From Octopus vulgaris (lineage: Eukaryota): DNA of 64,000 nt. The stretch covers positions 41,974,001-42,038,000 of the forward strand of contig OX597815.1 of the NCBI GenBank assembly GCA_951406725.2, given 5' to 3'. Made by a program: the position numbers and the translations under genes. Positions 51,514 to 64,000 of the stretch are shown in pieces. Positions within the stretch are counted from its first letter, which is position 1. Each line of letters begins with the position of its first letter. The notes under the pieces were generated by a model. The model saw nothing but the letters and a program-made list of their open reading frames with translations. It was not told the DNA's origin and did no database searches.

Positions 51514-52554
51514 CTAGCTGGGGCACCCGGTAATTCCTGGAAAATGGGACTTATTCCTTGGTTCCGTTCTCATAATTGTTCACTAATCCAATAACAATAA
51601 ATAAAATTATGTAGCCCTTAAAATGGTTTTTGTACATTTACAGAGAATACTAAACTGTCTTACACAGGATCTTGTTTTTAGGAAATCCTAATAAGTTATG
51701 AATACCCAAATCATGAAGTCAGTTATGTAGTAACATGAAATTAGTTACCCGATAGTAAGAATTCAAATAAAGTACCCCCCAAAAGGGCTTTAATACGTTT
51801 CCAGAGTGTATAGAACTTAGGAGGAAATACCAATAAAGTATGTATGTATACCAAAATTATGAAGCATGTTACATAATACCAGGCTTGGTAGAGTTTATGG
51901 TGATCAAAGGAAAATAAATGGGTTATTTCCCTTGGCTGTTAAGGGGAAATATATTGGTTATATATGTGGACCACTTATATATTTTTTATTAAACTTCAAT
52001 AAACCTAGTAACAAACAGGATGTTACTTTAACATGTTTGCAAATTTTCACAGCAACTTCAAAGATTTGAATAACTCCTATATTTAACTCTGTTTCTTTAT
52101 TTATCTGTTGTACAAAAACATTTCACTGAACCCTGGAATTTCTACCTTTATAAGTGGGCTGTAACAGCTTTAGTACTTATGTGAATTTTTTGCTACCCTG
52201 GTAACTATTTATTTATTTCCTCCATGTTACTTGTACACATTGAAAAAAATACACATACATTTATATATATAGTAGCAGTATCTCACGGCGTTGCTCGGGT
52301 TTGTAAGGGAAATAACTATAAAGCATTTTTAGAGAGTTACTTCCCTTATATTTAAAAGAATATGCATTAAAATGGAAAAGATGATGGTAAATTATTTTTT
52401 AAATCGTAGACGTGCGCTAATACCCAGAAGGGCTCGATATGAATCACGACTATAAGATACCCGGTTTTGGTTAAACTGCACCGCAAAATGTGGGAGTAGT
52501 TAGGAATCTAAATCGGAGTAGACAGACACACAACCTTACTTTTATATATAAAGA
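51514..52554 (-). mobile_element. Two abutting non-autonomous Helitrons (51514-~52271 and 52272-52554)
   Basis: CTAG with an adjacent GC hairpin at 51514-51540. The second element's 3' end is the near-identical reverse complement of 30275-30339, and its 5' end is A|TCTTTATATATAAAA. Confidence 0.75.
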
Positions 52555-52571
52555 TATATATATATATAAAA

Positions 52572-52609
52572 CTGTCCGATGAACGGCAACGGGAAACTCA
52601 GAGTAACAG
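52572..52609 (+). ncRNA. Minimal type-I hammerhead ribozyme-like motif
   Basis: CTGT-CCGATGA-ACG GCAA CGG-GAAA-CTCAGAG-TA-ACAG, followed by AATAAA and (TA)n. Confidence 0.55.
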
Positions 52610-52641
52610 GTTTTGCTGAATTTTCTGCTGCTTTAAATAAA

Positions 52642-52684
<43 letters not shown>

Positions 52685-52708
52685 CACACACACACACACA
52701 TATATATA

Positions 52709-53963
52709 CACGGAGAGTCAAAAATTATATGCACTCTTGATTTTTCAATGAATTTACACAAAAGCAGGGGATAAACAAGTACATCACATTTCCATATATG
52801 TCTCCTTCCTTTTCGATGCACTTGGTCCAGCAGTCCACACACTTGCGTATTCCCTTGAAGAAGAAGGTTTTCAGTTGGTTGTGCAACCATTTATGCACTG
52901 CTGCCTTCACATCTTCATCTGTAGGAAATGAACGACCTTGTAAACCATCTTTGAATGGTCCAAAGATATGATAGTCGGAAGAAGTGAGATCTGGGCTGTA
53001 AGCAGGGTGTTCTAGGAGCCCAAAACAAAATTGGTTAATGGTTCCAATAGTCTAGGCAGCTGTTTGTAACAACAGGCTTTGGAGTTTCATATGAATTGCT
53101 GGCTTCAGTTAGTTGGCCAGCAAAGCACTATATCTTACGCTCTTGATTCTACACTCATTTTCCAGGTATTCTTCCAGTATAGGCCCTTTTGAGTCCCCAA
53201 AAAGGGTTAGCATCACCTTTCTTGTCAAAGGCTGAGTGTCGAATTTCTTCATTGCTAGCAAGCCAAGATGTTTCCACTCCATACTCTGTCTTTTGGATTC
53301 TGCCCCATAATGATGGACCCATGTTTCGTCTCCTGTGACTATTCTGCTCAAAAATTCTTCGCCCTCATTATAGTGACTGAGTAAATGTTGGCAGACCTCA
53401 AGATGTTTGAGCTTGTGTTCTGTGGTAAGCTCTTTTGGCACCCATCTTGCACAGACTTTATAGAAGCTGAGCTCATTGTGGACGATTTGATTGGTAGAAC
53501 CATGACTAATCTGCAGAGAACAAGCTACCTCATTGATGATAAGTTGCCAGTTCACTATTACCATCTCTTGAGCTTGCTGAATTTTCCTTGTCAGTGGTGG
53601 AGGTTGATGGGCATGCTACTCCCTCTACATGCATCACACCTGTCCAGCTACTTTTAAACTTCTCAATCCGCTTTAAACACTTCTACAGAGTAGTGCACTG
53701 TCCCCATATTGTGCTAAGAGCCCCTGATGAATTTCAGCACCTGACACACATTCTGGCCAGAGAAATCAGATCACTATTCTTTGTTCTTCTTTGGTGCACA
53801 TTGCTAGTGGAACAGCCATGCTTACACTATAAATCCAGAAAGAAAAATGGCGTAATCAGGCTCAAACTTCAATCATGTGACCACCATAGTACCAACTATA
53901 AGTATGCATGCACAGAAGATATGATATGGCGGAAGTGTAGATAATTTTTGATTTCCCCTTGTG
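52709..53963 (-). mobile_element. Near full-length decayed mariner (~1.25 kb) with both TIRs
   Basis: ORF 53109..53564 has CARWVPKEL and IVTGDETWVHHY; PAYSPDLTSSDY downstream; TIRs CACGGAGAGTCAAAAATTATATGCACT and AGTGTAGATAATTTTTGATTTCCCCTTGTG. Confidence 0.92.
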
Positions 53964-53982
53964 TTTATTTATATATAAATAC

Positions 53983-54014
<32 letters not shown>

Positions 54015-54156
54015 GTTATGAGAGATAATGGTGTCATTAAGACCCAAAGGTGTCAGGTAATGCTGAATAAGTGCTATAGATGGACTGCTGTTAAGTTCCA
54101 GGTTCAGTGATTATGCAAATAAGGGGTTCAACGTTGGTCATATGTCAGCGTGTGTA

Positions 54157-54570
54157 TATAATAAATTTTTTTATTTCATAATGAGATAAAAAACCAAGGT
54201 TGTGTAGATTTTAGAACATTTATAGATAGGTCTTACAGCTGTTTCCAGGATATTTATTATATCCCTTCATCGGAGACGGTGTGAGAGGATGGTTAAGAAA
54301 TAGTTAATTTAGATAAGATATAAGATAGAGAGTGAGGTAGAGGAAATAAAAGGAAATAGATGTGAGATATGTAGGGTTATTGCATTTGTAGATCCATTTT
54401 TTAGGCAGAATGTTATACATATAATATTCCAGTACCTTATGAGTAAAATCCAATAGATGGATATTATAAATATCCTGGAAACAGCTCTAAGACATTCTAT
54501 CTATAAATGTTCTTAAATCTAAACAGCCTTGGTTTTTTTTATCTCATTACGAAATAAAAATATTTATATA
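54157..54570. mobile_element. Foldback, Penelope-pLTR-like element with ~105-bp inverted arms and a hammerhead-like motif
   Basis: Arms 54157-54262 and 54459-54570 are reverse complements; minus-strand motif at 54230-54277. Confidence 0.7.
54230..54277 (-). ncRNA. Minimal type-I hammerhead ribozyme-like motif
   Basis: GTCT-CCGATGA-A GGGATAT aataa ATATCCT G-GAAA-CAGCTG-TA-AGAC: stem I GTCT/AGAC, stem II, palindromic stem III, GUA triplet; core has C at position 4. Confidence 0.6.
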
Positions 54571-55075
54571 TATTATTCTTTTACTTGTTTCAGTCATTTG
54601 ACTGCGGCCATGCTGGAGCACTGCCTTTAGTCGAGCAAATCGACCCCAGGACTTATTCTTTGGAAGCCTAGTACTTCGTTGGTTTCTTTTGCTGAACCAC
54701 TAAGTTATGGAGATGTAAACACACCAGCATCAGTTGTCAAGCGATGTTGGGGGGACAAAGACAGACACATAAACATACATATATATATATACATAAATAC
54801 AACTGGCTTCTTTCAGTTTCCGTCTACCAAATCCACTCACAAGGCTTTGGTTGGCCTGAGGCTATAGTAGAAAACACTTGCCCAAGGTGCAATGCAGTGG
54901 GAATAAACCCGGAACCATATGGTTGAGAAGCAAGCTACTTTATTTCATAAATATTTGCCATGAATGCATTACAAAGAGAGGACGAGCAAGAACAGACAAA
55001 CATAAAAGGGTGAAGTAGCTGTAGCAATTAAATATTTACAATTTAAAATATACAATAATTTAATAAATATGCGCC

Positions 55076-55116
<41 letters not shown>

Positions 55117-55573
55117 TAAATAAATTATAAAGGAACAGGAAATTATGCTATGAACTTCATCAGCTTAGAGCTACTTCTGCTATAAGAGCAGTACTTGAGC
55201 ACCATCATTTCCTTTTGTCATTTATCTATTTCCATATTACGCTCTGTATTTAAGCAACACTTTATTCCGAAGCATATTTATATTGAATTTTAACATTAGG
55301 TTATTAGTGTCACTATGCCTAAGTGAAATATTACTATGTATGCAGGCATACATGCAGACAGATACTGATTTCAAATTTTGACACAAAGCCAGCAAGTTCA
55401 GAGAAGGAGGAAGTCAATTAGAATGACCTCAGTGCTCAACTGATACATATTTTATTGACTTTGAAAGGTAAATGCTGCTAAGCGCACACAAACACACACA
55501 CACATCTTTTGCCTTTTATTTGTTTTAGTCATTAAGGCCACCTCTTTCAAAGAATTTTTTAGTTAAATGAATC

Positions 55574-55973
55574 GGATCTTTTCGGTTTGAATGGCAGTTT
55601 TTTCTAGCGGTGTCATATGAAATTGTCACCCATAATTATGACCCTAGTATCGATCTATTGCATTTTAATCTATTTTAGGGTTAGGGGTGGGGGAAGGGTA
55701 TCTTTTTTTCTTCACAAATATAAATAAACCCAATCTGTTTCTTAAACGTGGGACATATTCATACGGCACAGAATGTTGTTTACCTCAATGGACATCAGTG
55801 ATTGGTTGAAATTGCAGAAAAAAACAACAAATATCTTACAAACCATAGAATTTTCTCAATAAAGCCAAGAGAAAAACATGTTTTATAAACACATTCTACC
55901 AGTATACGAAGTTTAACATTTTTTAGTTACCTAGAAATTATGTTAAAAACTGCCATTCAAACCGAAAAGATCC
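55574..55973 (+). mobile_element. 400-bp MITE, copy 1 (8-bp TSD; possibly Merlin-like)
   Basis: Perfect ~29-bp TIR GGATCTTTTCGGTTTGAATGGCAGTTTTT; TSD AATGAATC (55566-55573, 55974-55981); splits a SINE. Confidence 0.9.
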
Positions 55974-56483
55974 AATGAATCGACCCCAGAACTTTTCTTT
56001 TTATTTTAAGCCTGGTATTGGTTTATTTTGCCAAATTGCTAAGGTACGGGACATAATCACACCAACACTGGTTGTCATATGGTGGTGGGAGACAAACACA
56101 GACTCACACACACATGGCAGACTGAAAGAAACGTGTTATCTACCAAATCCGCTCACAAGGCTTTGGTCAGCCCAAGGCTACAGTAGAAGTCATTTGCCCA
56201 AGGTTCCACACAGTGGAACTGAACCCGGAGCCATGTGGTTGAGAAGGAAGTTTCTTACAGAGCCATGCCTATGCCTATAGATAGATATTGATATAGATTT
56301 ATATTGTTTGCATTTGAAACGATTAGTAGTTTCACTTTCTGAAAATTTAGTGTTCTTGCTTTATATTTTCAAACAAAATTAAAATTACAAATGCCAACAA
56401 AATATTCTCATACACTTCATATGCAAACGAAATGATTTTTATATACAAGCAAGAGTACTTCATTTGTGCATAATCAATTTCTG

Positions 56484-56884
56484 GGATCTTTTCGGTTTGA
56501 ATGGCAGTTTTTAACATAATTTCTAGGTAACTTCATATACTGGTAGAATGTGTTTATAAAACATCTTTTTCTCTTGGCTTTATTGAGAAAATTCTATGGT
56601 TTGTAAGATATTTCTTGTTTTTTTTTTCTTAAATTTCTGCAATTTCAACCAATCAGTGACGTCCATTGAGGTAAAAATATTCTGTGCCGTTTGAATATGT
56701 CCCTCGTTTAAGAAACAGATTGGGTTTACTTACATTTGTGAAGAAAAAATATACCCTTCCCCCACCCCTAACCCTAACCTTAAAACAGATAGAAATGCAA
56801 TAGATCGATACTAGAGTCATAATTATGGGTGACAATTTCATATGACACCGCTAGAAAAAACTGCCGTTCAAACCGAAAAGATTC
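56484..56884 (-). mobile_element. Same MITE, copy 2, opposite orientation
   Basis: Same TIRs; interior is the reverse complement of copy 1; flanking duplication ATTTCTG. Confidence 0.9.
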
Positions 56885-57339
56885 ATTTCTGTTACAAGAT
56901 GCAAAAAAAATAAAAAATAATTTTTTTTTCCATTGGTAAATTGAAAAGAGATTCTGAATCTCTGATGTTCAAAACTTCGAAATCCAAAGACCATTTTTTA
57001 AAAAGGCAAGTTAAAAACGTTCGAGGTTTGGTATTGAAAATTCTACTCGAAAGCGAATGCGCGTCCTTCCCTTAATCGACTCCAGAAGGATAAAAAATAA
57101 AAAGTTGACCTCAGCGGGATTTGAACTCGAACGTAAATATTAAAAAAGGCATTTTGTCCGAAGCTCTGACGACTCTACCAAATGATTATAAATAATGAGA
57201 AAAAAAAAACAGAAAGATTTGAAATTTGTTAGTATTTTGAGTTTTAAAAATTAAAACTATATTCCTTTTATATGAATGAACTTCTAAGTAAATTTCAAAT
57301 TTCTAAATGATGTATGGAAATGAATTCTCGTAGAATATC

Positions 57340-57493
57340 AAATCTCGCACACGTGATTGCAACTTGAACAGCGGTGTAACGCCATTATATCAATCTTCAG
57401 TACTCCCGCTCCTTAACTTGCCAGGAGTTTACCATTATTATTAATACATATTAGACTTTTTAACCTTTCGCTCCATTTTGATTAAAAATACAG
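57340..57493 (+). promoter_or_regulatory. Probable UBC9 promoter and non-coding first exon
   Basis: CpG-retaining non-repetitive segment with E-box CACGTG (57350-57355), YY1-like CCATTTTG and a strong donor CAG|GTAAGA at 57494. The ATG exon starts with an acceptor, so an upstream exon must exist. Confidence 0.55.
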
Positions 57494-60400
57494 GTAAGAA
57501 AATATAATTTGTAACCTTGCTATAGTGATTACGTTTTCATTTGTTGTTGTTTTAACCGAATAACTGTTGCGCGAAATGGTCATAAGTGTCTTTTACTTAA
57601 AGAGATAGAATTTCATTCTTTTTCCTTCGTTTTACGTTTCTTAGATGTCCTCTTGAAATTTTTACGACTAGCCAACTCCATTTATCTATTTTACTTTACA
57701 CTTTAAATTCATGTCCGATTAATACATCTACCTGTGCTTATATATATTTACAACGCTTATCTGATTCAAGTGTAGTTATTGTTATTGTAGCATCACTTTT
57801 GTGGCAAGACTTGCGTCTGGAATATAAATATATACAATGTTTAAATGTCCTGTTTCTTTGGCTTGCACACTATTGAATTATGACAAATACAAAATCTGTT
57901 CATCAGGTAACAAATTGAAATTATAACAGACAAAATAACCTAAATAACATAAACCATTTTGCTCTATTATTGAATAATAAAATTAGTAATTGATATCTAT
58001 AACATCAGTGGTAATGATTTGTAAATAATATGCACGATTTCTAGTTAGTGTCTACTCACAAGTGTTAGGATACAATCATATCTAAGTACTTAACGGGTTA
58101 AATGTCTGTTCGAGGGCATATCGTTATTCATTTCTACCACCTGAAAGATTGCCCACACCTACAAAAACTGGATGATTAATTGACAATACATGTCTTTCTG
58201 ATGCTTGTTTAGTGACTCAACTTCAACACACCAATATAAAATGTACAATTTTTCAGATACAAGAAAGTCTGGATACATACACATACAAAAAAAAAACTTT
58301 CGTTATTCATTGAAAGAGATGCCTTATCAGTTTTTTTTTCTTCTTTCAATTACGTTGTTTTTAATTGTTGAGGGCCGTTTGATTTCCTCAAAATCAAACC
58401 ATTTTCAGATAATAGTTTTATCAATTGAAAGGAATATAAAGTATATATGGGGGAGAAAAAAATTCACCCAAAAGCTGCGTATTTAAAATAAATATATTTT
58501 GTATAATTTTTGTTAAGTTTTTTTACAATTCTACCTGTCTGACTTTCACTGTAGTATAATAGTGATTTCTGGCAGTTTTCATGGAAAAATTCACTGAGAA
58601 GATTAAAATTCACAAGAAATATATAAATTTTACTTCCCAAACCAGCCTGGTGTTCATAGTAAAAATTTACCCAATTTTTTAATTCATATAAACTCTTCAA
58701 ATGTTTATATTTTGTTGTTAAACAATAATATTACTTCCTTGGTGAACCTCATGGATATCTATCTATTCTACCAATATTTCTTTATTATAACTTTTTGAAT
58801 TTAAATTCCCTCGGTGGTGTAAATTTAGTACAGTTATATATGCATTTGCTATACAAGTCAATTTTGAAACTTAAGACGAACTGCCCCACTGAGAAACAAT
58901 AATGGTGTCTTTACTGACAAATATCAGTCCCAACTCCACTAATTATTAATGGGAAAATAAAGTTTTCATCCACTTTACCCTGCTTTCTTCGCCAACGAGT
59001 TATGATGGTTTTTAAAAAAATGGTTAATGTTTAACCTAAAGAACGATCATAACTTTATTAAACATGGCAATTTGTATGCTCCCCCTTGAATATTCATAAA
59101 CCGCGCATATTAAAAAAACAAAAAACACTGCCTTCATTCTTGAACCGATATTCAATTCTTTAATCAGCAAAGTGCCCCCCCCCCTCAAGAGAAGGCTGGG
59201 GGTACGGAGAAACTAAAAACCAAACAAAAAAAAACGGTCAGTACCCTCTGTTTGCACTTCTCGTCATGGCACACGTACTTAGGAATTTCTTTTCCTTTTT
59301 GTAACCGTTTCATCAGTACACATTTTTCAAGTAACGAAGATTTACTATAAAATGTTATGATGGCTTTGCTTGTCTTGCTGTTTTATGATTCTGTTCACTA
59401 CGGGGCGCAAATATTGTTGGGTGGTAAGAAACGTGCTTCCCAACCACGTGGTTTCGGGTTCAGTCTCTCTGCGGGGCACCATGAACAAATGTCTTCCACT
59501 ATAGTCCCGGGCCGACCAAAGCTTTGTCAATGGATTTGGTAGACGGAAACTGAAAGAAGCCCGTCGTTTGTGTGTGTATGTTTGCATTTGTCCCACCTCC
59601 AACCGCTTAACTACTAGTACTGGCTTGTTTCCGTCCCCGTAACATAGCGGTACGGCAATGGGGACCTGTAGAATACCTACAAGGTTTAAATACAAGTACT
59701 GGTGTTGAATTGTTTAATTAAACCCTTTAAGGCGGTGTCCCAGCATGGTCGAAGATAAAATACTTGAAACAAAATAAAAAATTAACCAGGCACAGGTTCT
59801 GGGTTTAATCCTACTGTGGGGCACTTTGGGTAAGTGTCTTCTATAGCTTTGGGTCGACCAATGCCTTGAGTGGATTTGAAACTGAAAGAAGCCCGTTGTG
59901 TGCGTGTCAATGTGTTTGTGTTTTTGTGTTTGTACCCGCCACACCGCTTGACAACCGGTGTGGGTGTGTTTACGTCCCCGTAACTAAGCAGATCGGCAAA
60001 AGAGGCCTATAAAATAAGTATCAGGTTTAAAAACAAATGAGTATTTGGATCGGTTTGTTCGACTAAAATTCAAGGTTGGTGCCCAAGCTCGGCAGCAGTC
60101 TGATGCCGTCAGTTTTAGTTTATCTTAAGGTTGATGCCTCAAGTTGTTTTTAATATATAAGGTCCACACAATTCAAATACAATGGAAATGTACAGACCGA
60201 TACAAAGAGAAAAAAAAAAAAACTATATGGTTTTGGTTTTCGGGAAATTCGCTGAATCAATGACACATATATGATTTATTTTTAGCATGATACTGAGCTA
60301 TAAGTTAAGTTGTTTTCGTATTCAAAGATGAATGTCTTATATAGATAATTCGTCTTTTTCTCAATTTAAGATTTGATTATTTAAAAAAAAATCTTTTCTC

Positions 60401-62574
60401 TCTGCTCACCTATGTATATTATTTTACTCTTTTTAAGTATTTCGCTTAATAATTAGCTGATTTATTGATCTGGCATTGACAAATAGAAGTCTTTGTTAAA
60501 TTTATGAAAGAGAACTTCCTAGCAACTATTGCTTCATATATTTTTTTTATTGAAAATATTTTAAAATGAAAGTACGTTAAGTTTCACAGTTGCAACTTTG
60601 TTATATAGTGACTATACTCAAACTGCAACCACCTCAGCACTGTCATTTAGGTAACATCTACTTCCAAGAAGTCATTTGATCAGTTAATTCTGCTTAAAAT
60701 TAATAATTAGGTTTTTGCTGTATTTGTCTTAATCTTTTAGTTTTAGGCAACCTCTTGTTTTAAATATCTATTTCAATCTCCGATGTAGAACTTTAGGTAA
60801 TATTTGACACTGGGTTTATTTGAGTTCTGTTTCCACCTGTTAGCTGATATTTCTGTTAGGTCTGTTATTAAAATTCTTGAAACGAGATCAAGAACTGTTC
60901 AGTTAGATGAAAATAAAATAAATATCACTTCAGAATACTTCATTAAGGATGAATAAAATTTTAAACTGCTTAGTTACCCTTTAGCATTCAGGTTACTCAT
61001 TCAGATGATAACATTTATTCACATTGTTTTGAATTAATCATGCTTTATCTTGTAGCTTCATGATTTCGATGATGTTGTTTGTTTTTAGAATGACATAAGG
61101 TAGGTATAACAGGCTGGATCTGGTCAATTTGAACATGAAACAAGAATATTTGGGCTGGATATTGCTGGTTTAAATGATAATCTCTCTTTAGCTGCATTAT
61201 AATCTCTCTTTACTCTGTTATCCAACTTAGTTTTACTGTACATCTGCTTTTTTGTGATTATATTACCAATTCCATAATTTGGTTTATGAGCTATTTTCTG
61301 TTTCATTGTTTGCTAGAGTGAAATTCTTAGATAGAGGGTTATTGCCAGATTATAAATCAAATTTTAACTTAAAGATGTTCCTGTCATATTCTGAAATGTT
61401 CTTTTCTACTCTAGGCACAAGGCCCAAAATTTTTGGTGAGGGGATCAGTTGATTAGATCGACCCCAGTACGCAACTGGTACTTAATTTATCAACCCTGAA
61501 AGGATAAAAGGCAAAGTTGACCTCAGCAGAATTTGAACTTAGAACATAGCTACAAGCAAAATACCACTAAGCATTTTGCCCCGCATGCCAATGTTTCTGC
61601 CAGCTTGCTGCCTTACATATTATTCTGAAATATTGATTAGAGAAATTTCTTATGGCAATCTAAAACTCTGAAGCAAATGACATGATCAAGAAATTTTATT
61701 TCCTGAATTGATTCTTTTATCTTATTTTGTTGTTATCATTGTTAGTGTCTGCAATTCTGTCTTTGTAAGGTGTAATTTGAGGGAGACAGTGGATCCTTTG
61801 TTGTTTTTATACATCTGCTGCATCTCAGAGGCTAGGCCTTCTTTTCTTAACCAAACTCTATTTCAGTTCTGAACAGCTGTTTTTGTATTGTATGTTTTCT
61901 CGTATCAGAGTACTGTTCATTTATATAAAGCAATGCTGCTGTACAAATATAATGAAACAAACTAGATCTAAATTAAAAAGAAAAGTCATTCAACTGATTG
62001 GCAAATCTTCAATTAACAAACACATAACCAGTTGCACACTGTGGTGAACTAACAAGTTCTGTATCACCAAATCCACGTTTCATCTTAATTCTATCATCTC
62101 AATTCTGTAGGGACAATAGCATACCTTATTTCCAGAACTCTTTTTTTTTTTTCCTTTCCACATGCTCCATTTAGATAAGTCTGCAGAAATTCAAATTGAT
62201 TATTAACTTGTATTGACTTCCTCCTTGGATTAAAATTTACTTTTAAAAAAATGTCATAAAACATGAATTTTAGCAAGATGTGATTTTATATTCTTGTTGA
62301 ACTGTCATCAAATAATCAATTAAGTAATATTATGAGATAGGACATACTCTTTGGTTAGATATTTAAAAATGAAACAAAGATATTTGGAGGAAACTAGTAA
62401 ATAGCCTGTATCACTAAGAAAGAAAAAGTTTATTAAAGAAGTTCCTTGTCTAAACTATCAGAACCTGTTTCTCATTCTTTGGCAAAGATTTCTGTATGAA
62501 ATCTTTGAATAATATTGATGTAAATATTTATCATAAATACTAACATTTCAATATATTTCTTTACAGTTGAGATT

Positions 62575-62640
62575 ATGTCTGGAATTGCTGTGGGTCGTTT
62601 AGCTGAAGAAAGAAAAGCTTGGAGAAAAGATCATCCTTTT
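62575..62640 (+). CDS. UBE2I: UBC9 / SUMO-conjugating enzyme E2 I, first coding exon ([22 protein letters not shown]); gene continues beyond the window
   Basis: The peptide closely matches the conserved Ubc9 N-terminus. TACTAAC branch point at 62538-62544, acceptor ttctttacag (exon starts 62567), donor TTT|GTAAGC at 62641. Confidence 0.95.
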
Positions 62641-64000
62641 GTAAGCTGTTTTATTTGTTGTTTGTGTCTCTACTGTATATTTTGAAATTTACTTATCTGG
62701 GCTCAAGATTTAGAAAGACTGCAAAGCAACCCATTTTATACAATTACAGATCTTTGGTAATTGTATGTTGTAAATTTTGTTTCTTAGTAAAGGGTGATTA
62801 AAATAGTTATTGGTTTTTAAAGTCAAGCATAAATTTGTAAAATAAAAATCATCTTGGTAATTATTTTGAAAAACCAGTGAAAGTGGCAGTCCTACAAGGA
62901 TTTTAACTTATGAATAATTAGTGTTTAACTGGTTAAATTAATTTATGGGTACAAATCTTTCTCTACTGGTTAAACAGTAGAATCTAAGAAAACTAGTCAT
63001 TTGCACTAGCAAAAAGCAATAACAATATTTCAAACAGTGGAATAAATTTTATTCCATGTAGAGGAGTTTGTTTCAGAGAATTCTTTGTTAGAGAGTGTGT
63101 GTGTGTGTGTGTTGAAGGGTAAATAAGTTGGAATTAATGAGAAATGCTGAGAAAGGAGGGATAACAAGTGGTGGAGAGGAGCAATGGTCAGGTTGAAGAG
63201 AAAATAAAAGAACTGGCAAATTTGGAACAACTTTGAAATGTGATGACAGAACTGCTGTAGACATTCAAACAACACTCATATACACATATGTATGGGTGTG
63301 CAAACATGGGTCCAATAGAATTTGTTGAGGCTGATTTTCTATGGCCAGATACCCTTCCTGTTGTTGACCCTCACTTATTTCCAAGCAAGGAAGTTTATGT
63401 ATATAGTTATAAAGAGGAGGTGGGACATTAATTGAACAGTCACAAAACTGTCATCATTTAATATCTGTTTTCCATAAAGGCTTGGGTTGGATGGTTTGAC
63501 TGAAAATTGGTAAGCTGGGGAGCTGCACCAGGTTCTGATCTGATGTAGCAAGGTTTCTATGGCTGGATGCCCTTCCCAACACTGGTGCATAAAAAAAAAA
63601 GAGATAGCCGTTTGGGTGAAGTTGGAGAATACGAGACATTAATACTTGTGGCCCTAGATTAGATTTTCCTCTTTGTGTTTATGAGTGAAGGTTGAATTGC
63701 AATATAAAAATTACATTCAGATGTAAGAATAAAGGAATAATGGATTTGAAGATTGCCTTGGTGCTGTTGCAAACATCACAAAACTGCTTACAGTAGTAGT
63801 CTCCTAAACATCTGGTTTCTTCCACATATGTAGGGGACTACTTAATTTGCATTTGATACTTTGTTTGAGATTAGTGGAGATGAAATCAAGATAGTTGGTG
63901 ACATGTTATCATGGGTGTGCTGTTGGTAATAAAGTATAGCAAAACAGAATAGGAGCACTCAAAGGTGGTTGTAGAACTTTGTGTTACAGAAGGAATGGGA

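Noticed and set aside
55670-55700. TTAGGG units as an interstitial telomere
   Set aside because: Only 2-3 units, and they are an internal part of the MITE in both copies.
62619-62801. 60-aa ORF overlapping the UBC9 exon
   Set aside because: Wrong frame and runs into the intron; the real CDS is 62575-62640.

Overview
AT-rich, intron-rich animal genomic DNA, most likely from an octopus (inferred from the SINE families and the (TA)n/(CA)n/(GAT)n load). Two host genes are supported. (1) A complete RINT1/Tip20 gene lies on the minus strand (ATG 43263, stop 8180). I reconstructed 14 firm coding exons plus one candidate 39-nt exon; all junction phases are compatible, giving 787 aa, or 800 aa with the small exon. 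Intron 4 has U12 (minor spliceosome) signals. (2) The 5' end of UBC9/UBE2I lies on the plus strand, divergent from RINT1 (first coding exon 62575-62640, probable non-coding exon ending at 57493). The rest is mostly transposon debris: mariner/Tc1, a Gypsy 3' end with LTR, CR1-type LINEs, several SINE families, MITEs, non-autonomous Helitrons and palindromic foldback elements. The three most notable observations: (a) an intact 187-codon ORF of five 23-aa STPR-like repeats, apparently from a Helitron N-terminus, antisense inside RINT1 intron 1 with its own promoter-like motifs; (b) an AAGGGARATAACY motif shared by that ORF's upstream region, the RINT1 promoter and local Helitrons; (c) several minimal hammerhead-ribozyme-like motifs with covarying stems and non-canonical cores in Penelope-pLTR-like repeats. 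Everything was read by eye, so repeat boundaries are approximate and family names are untested.
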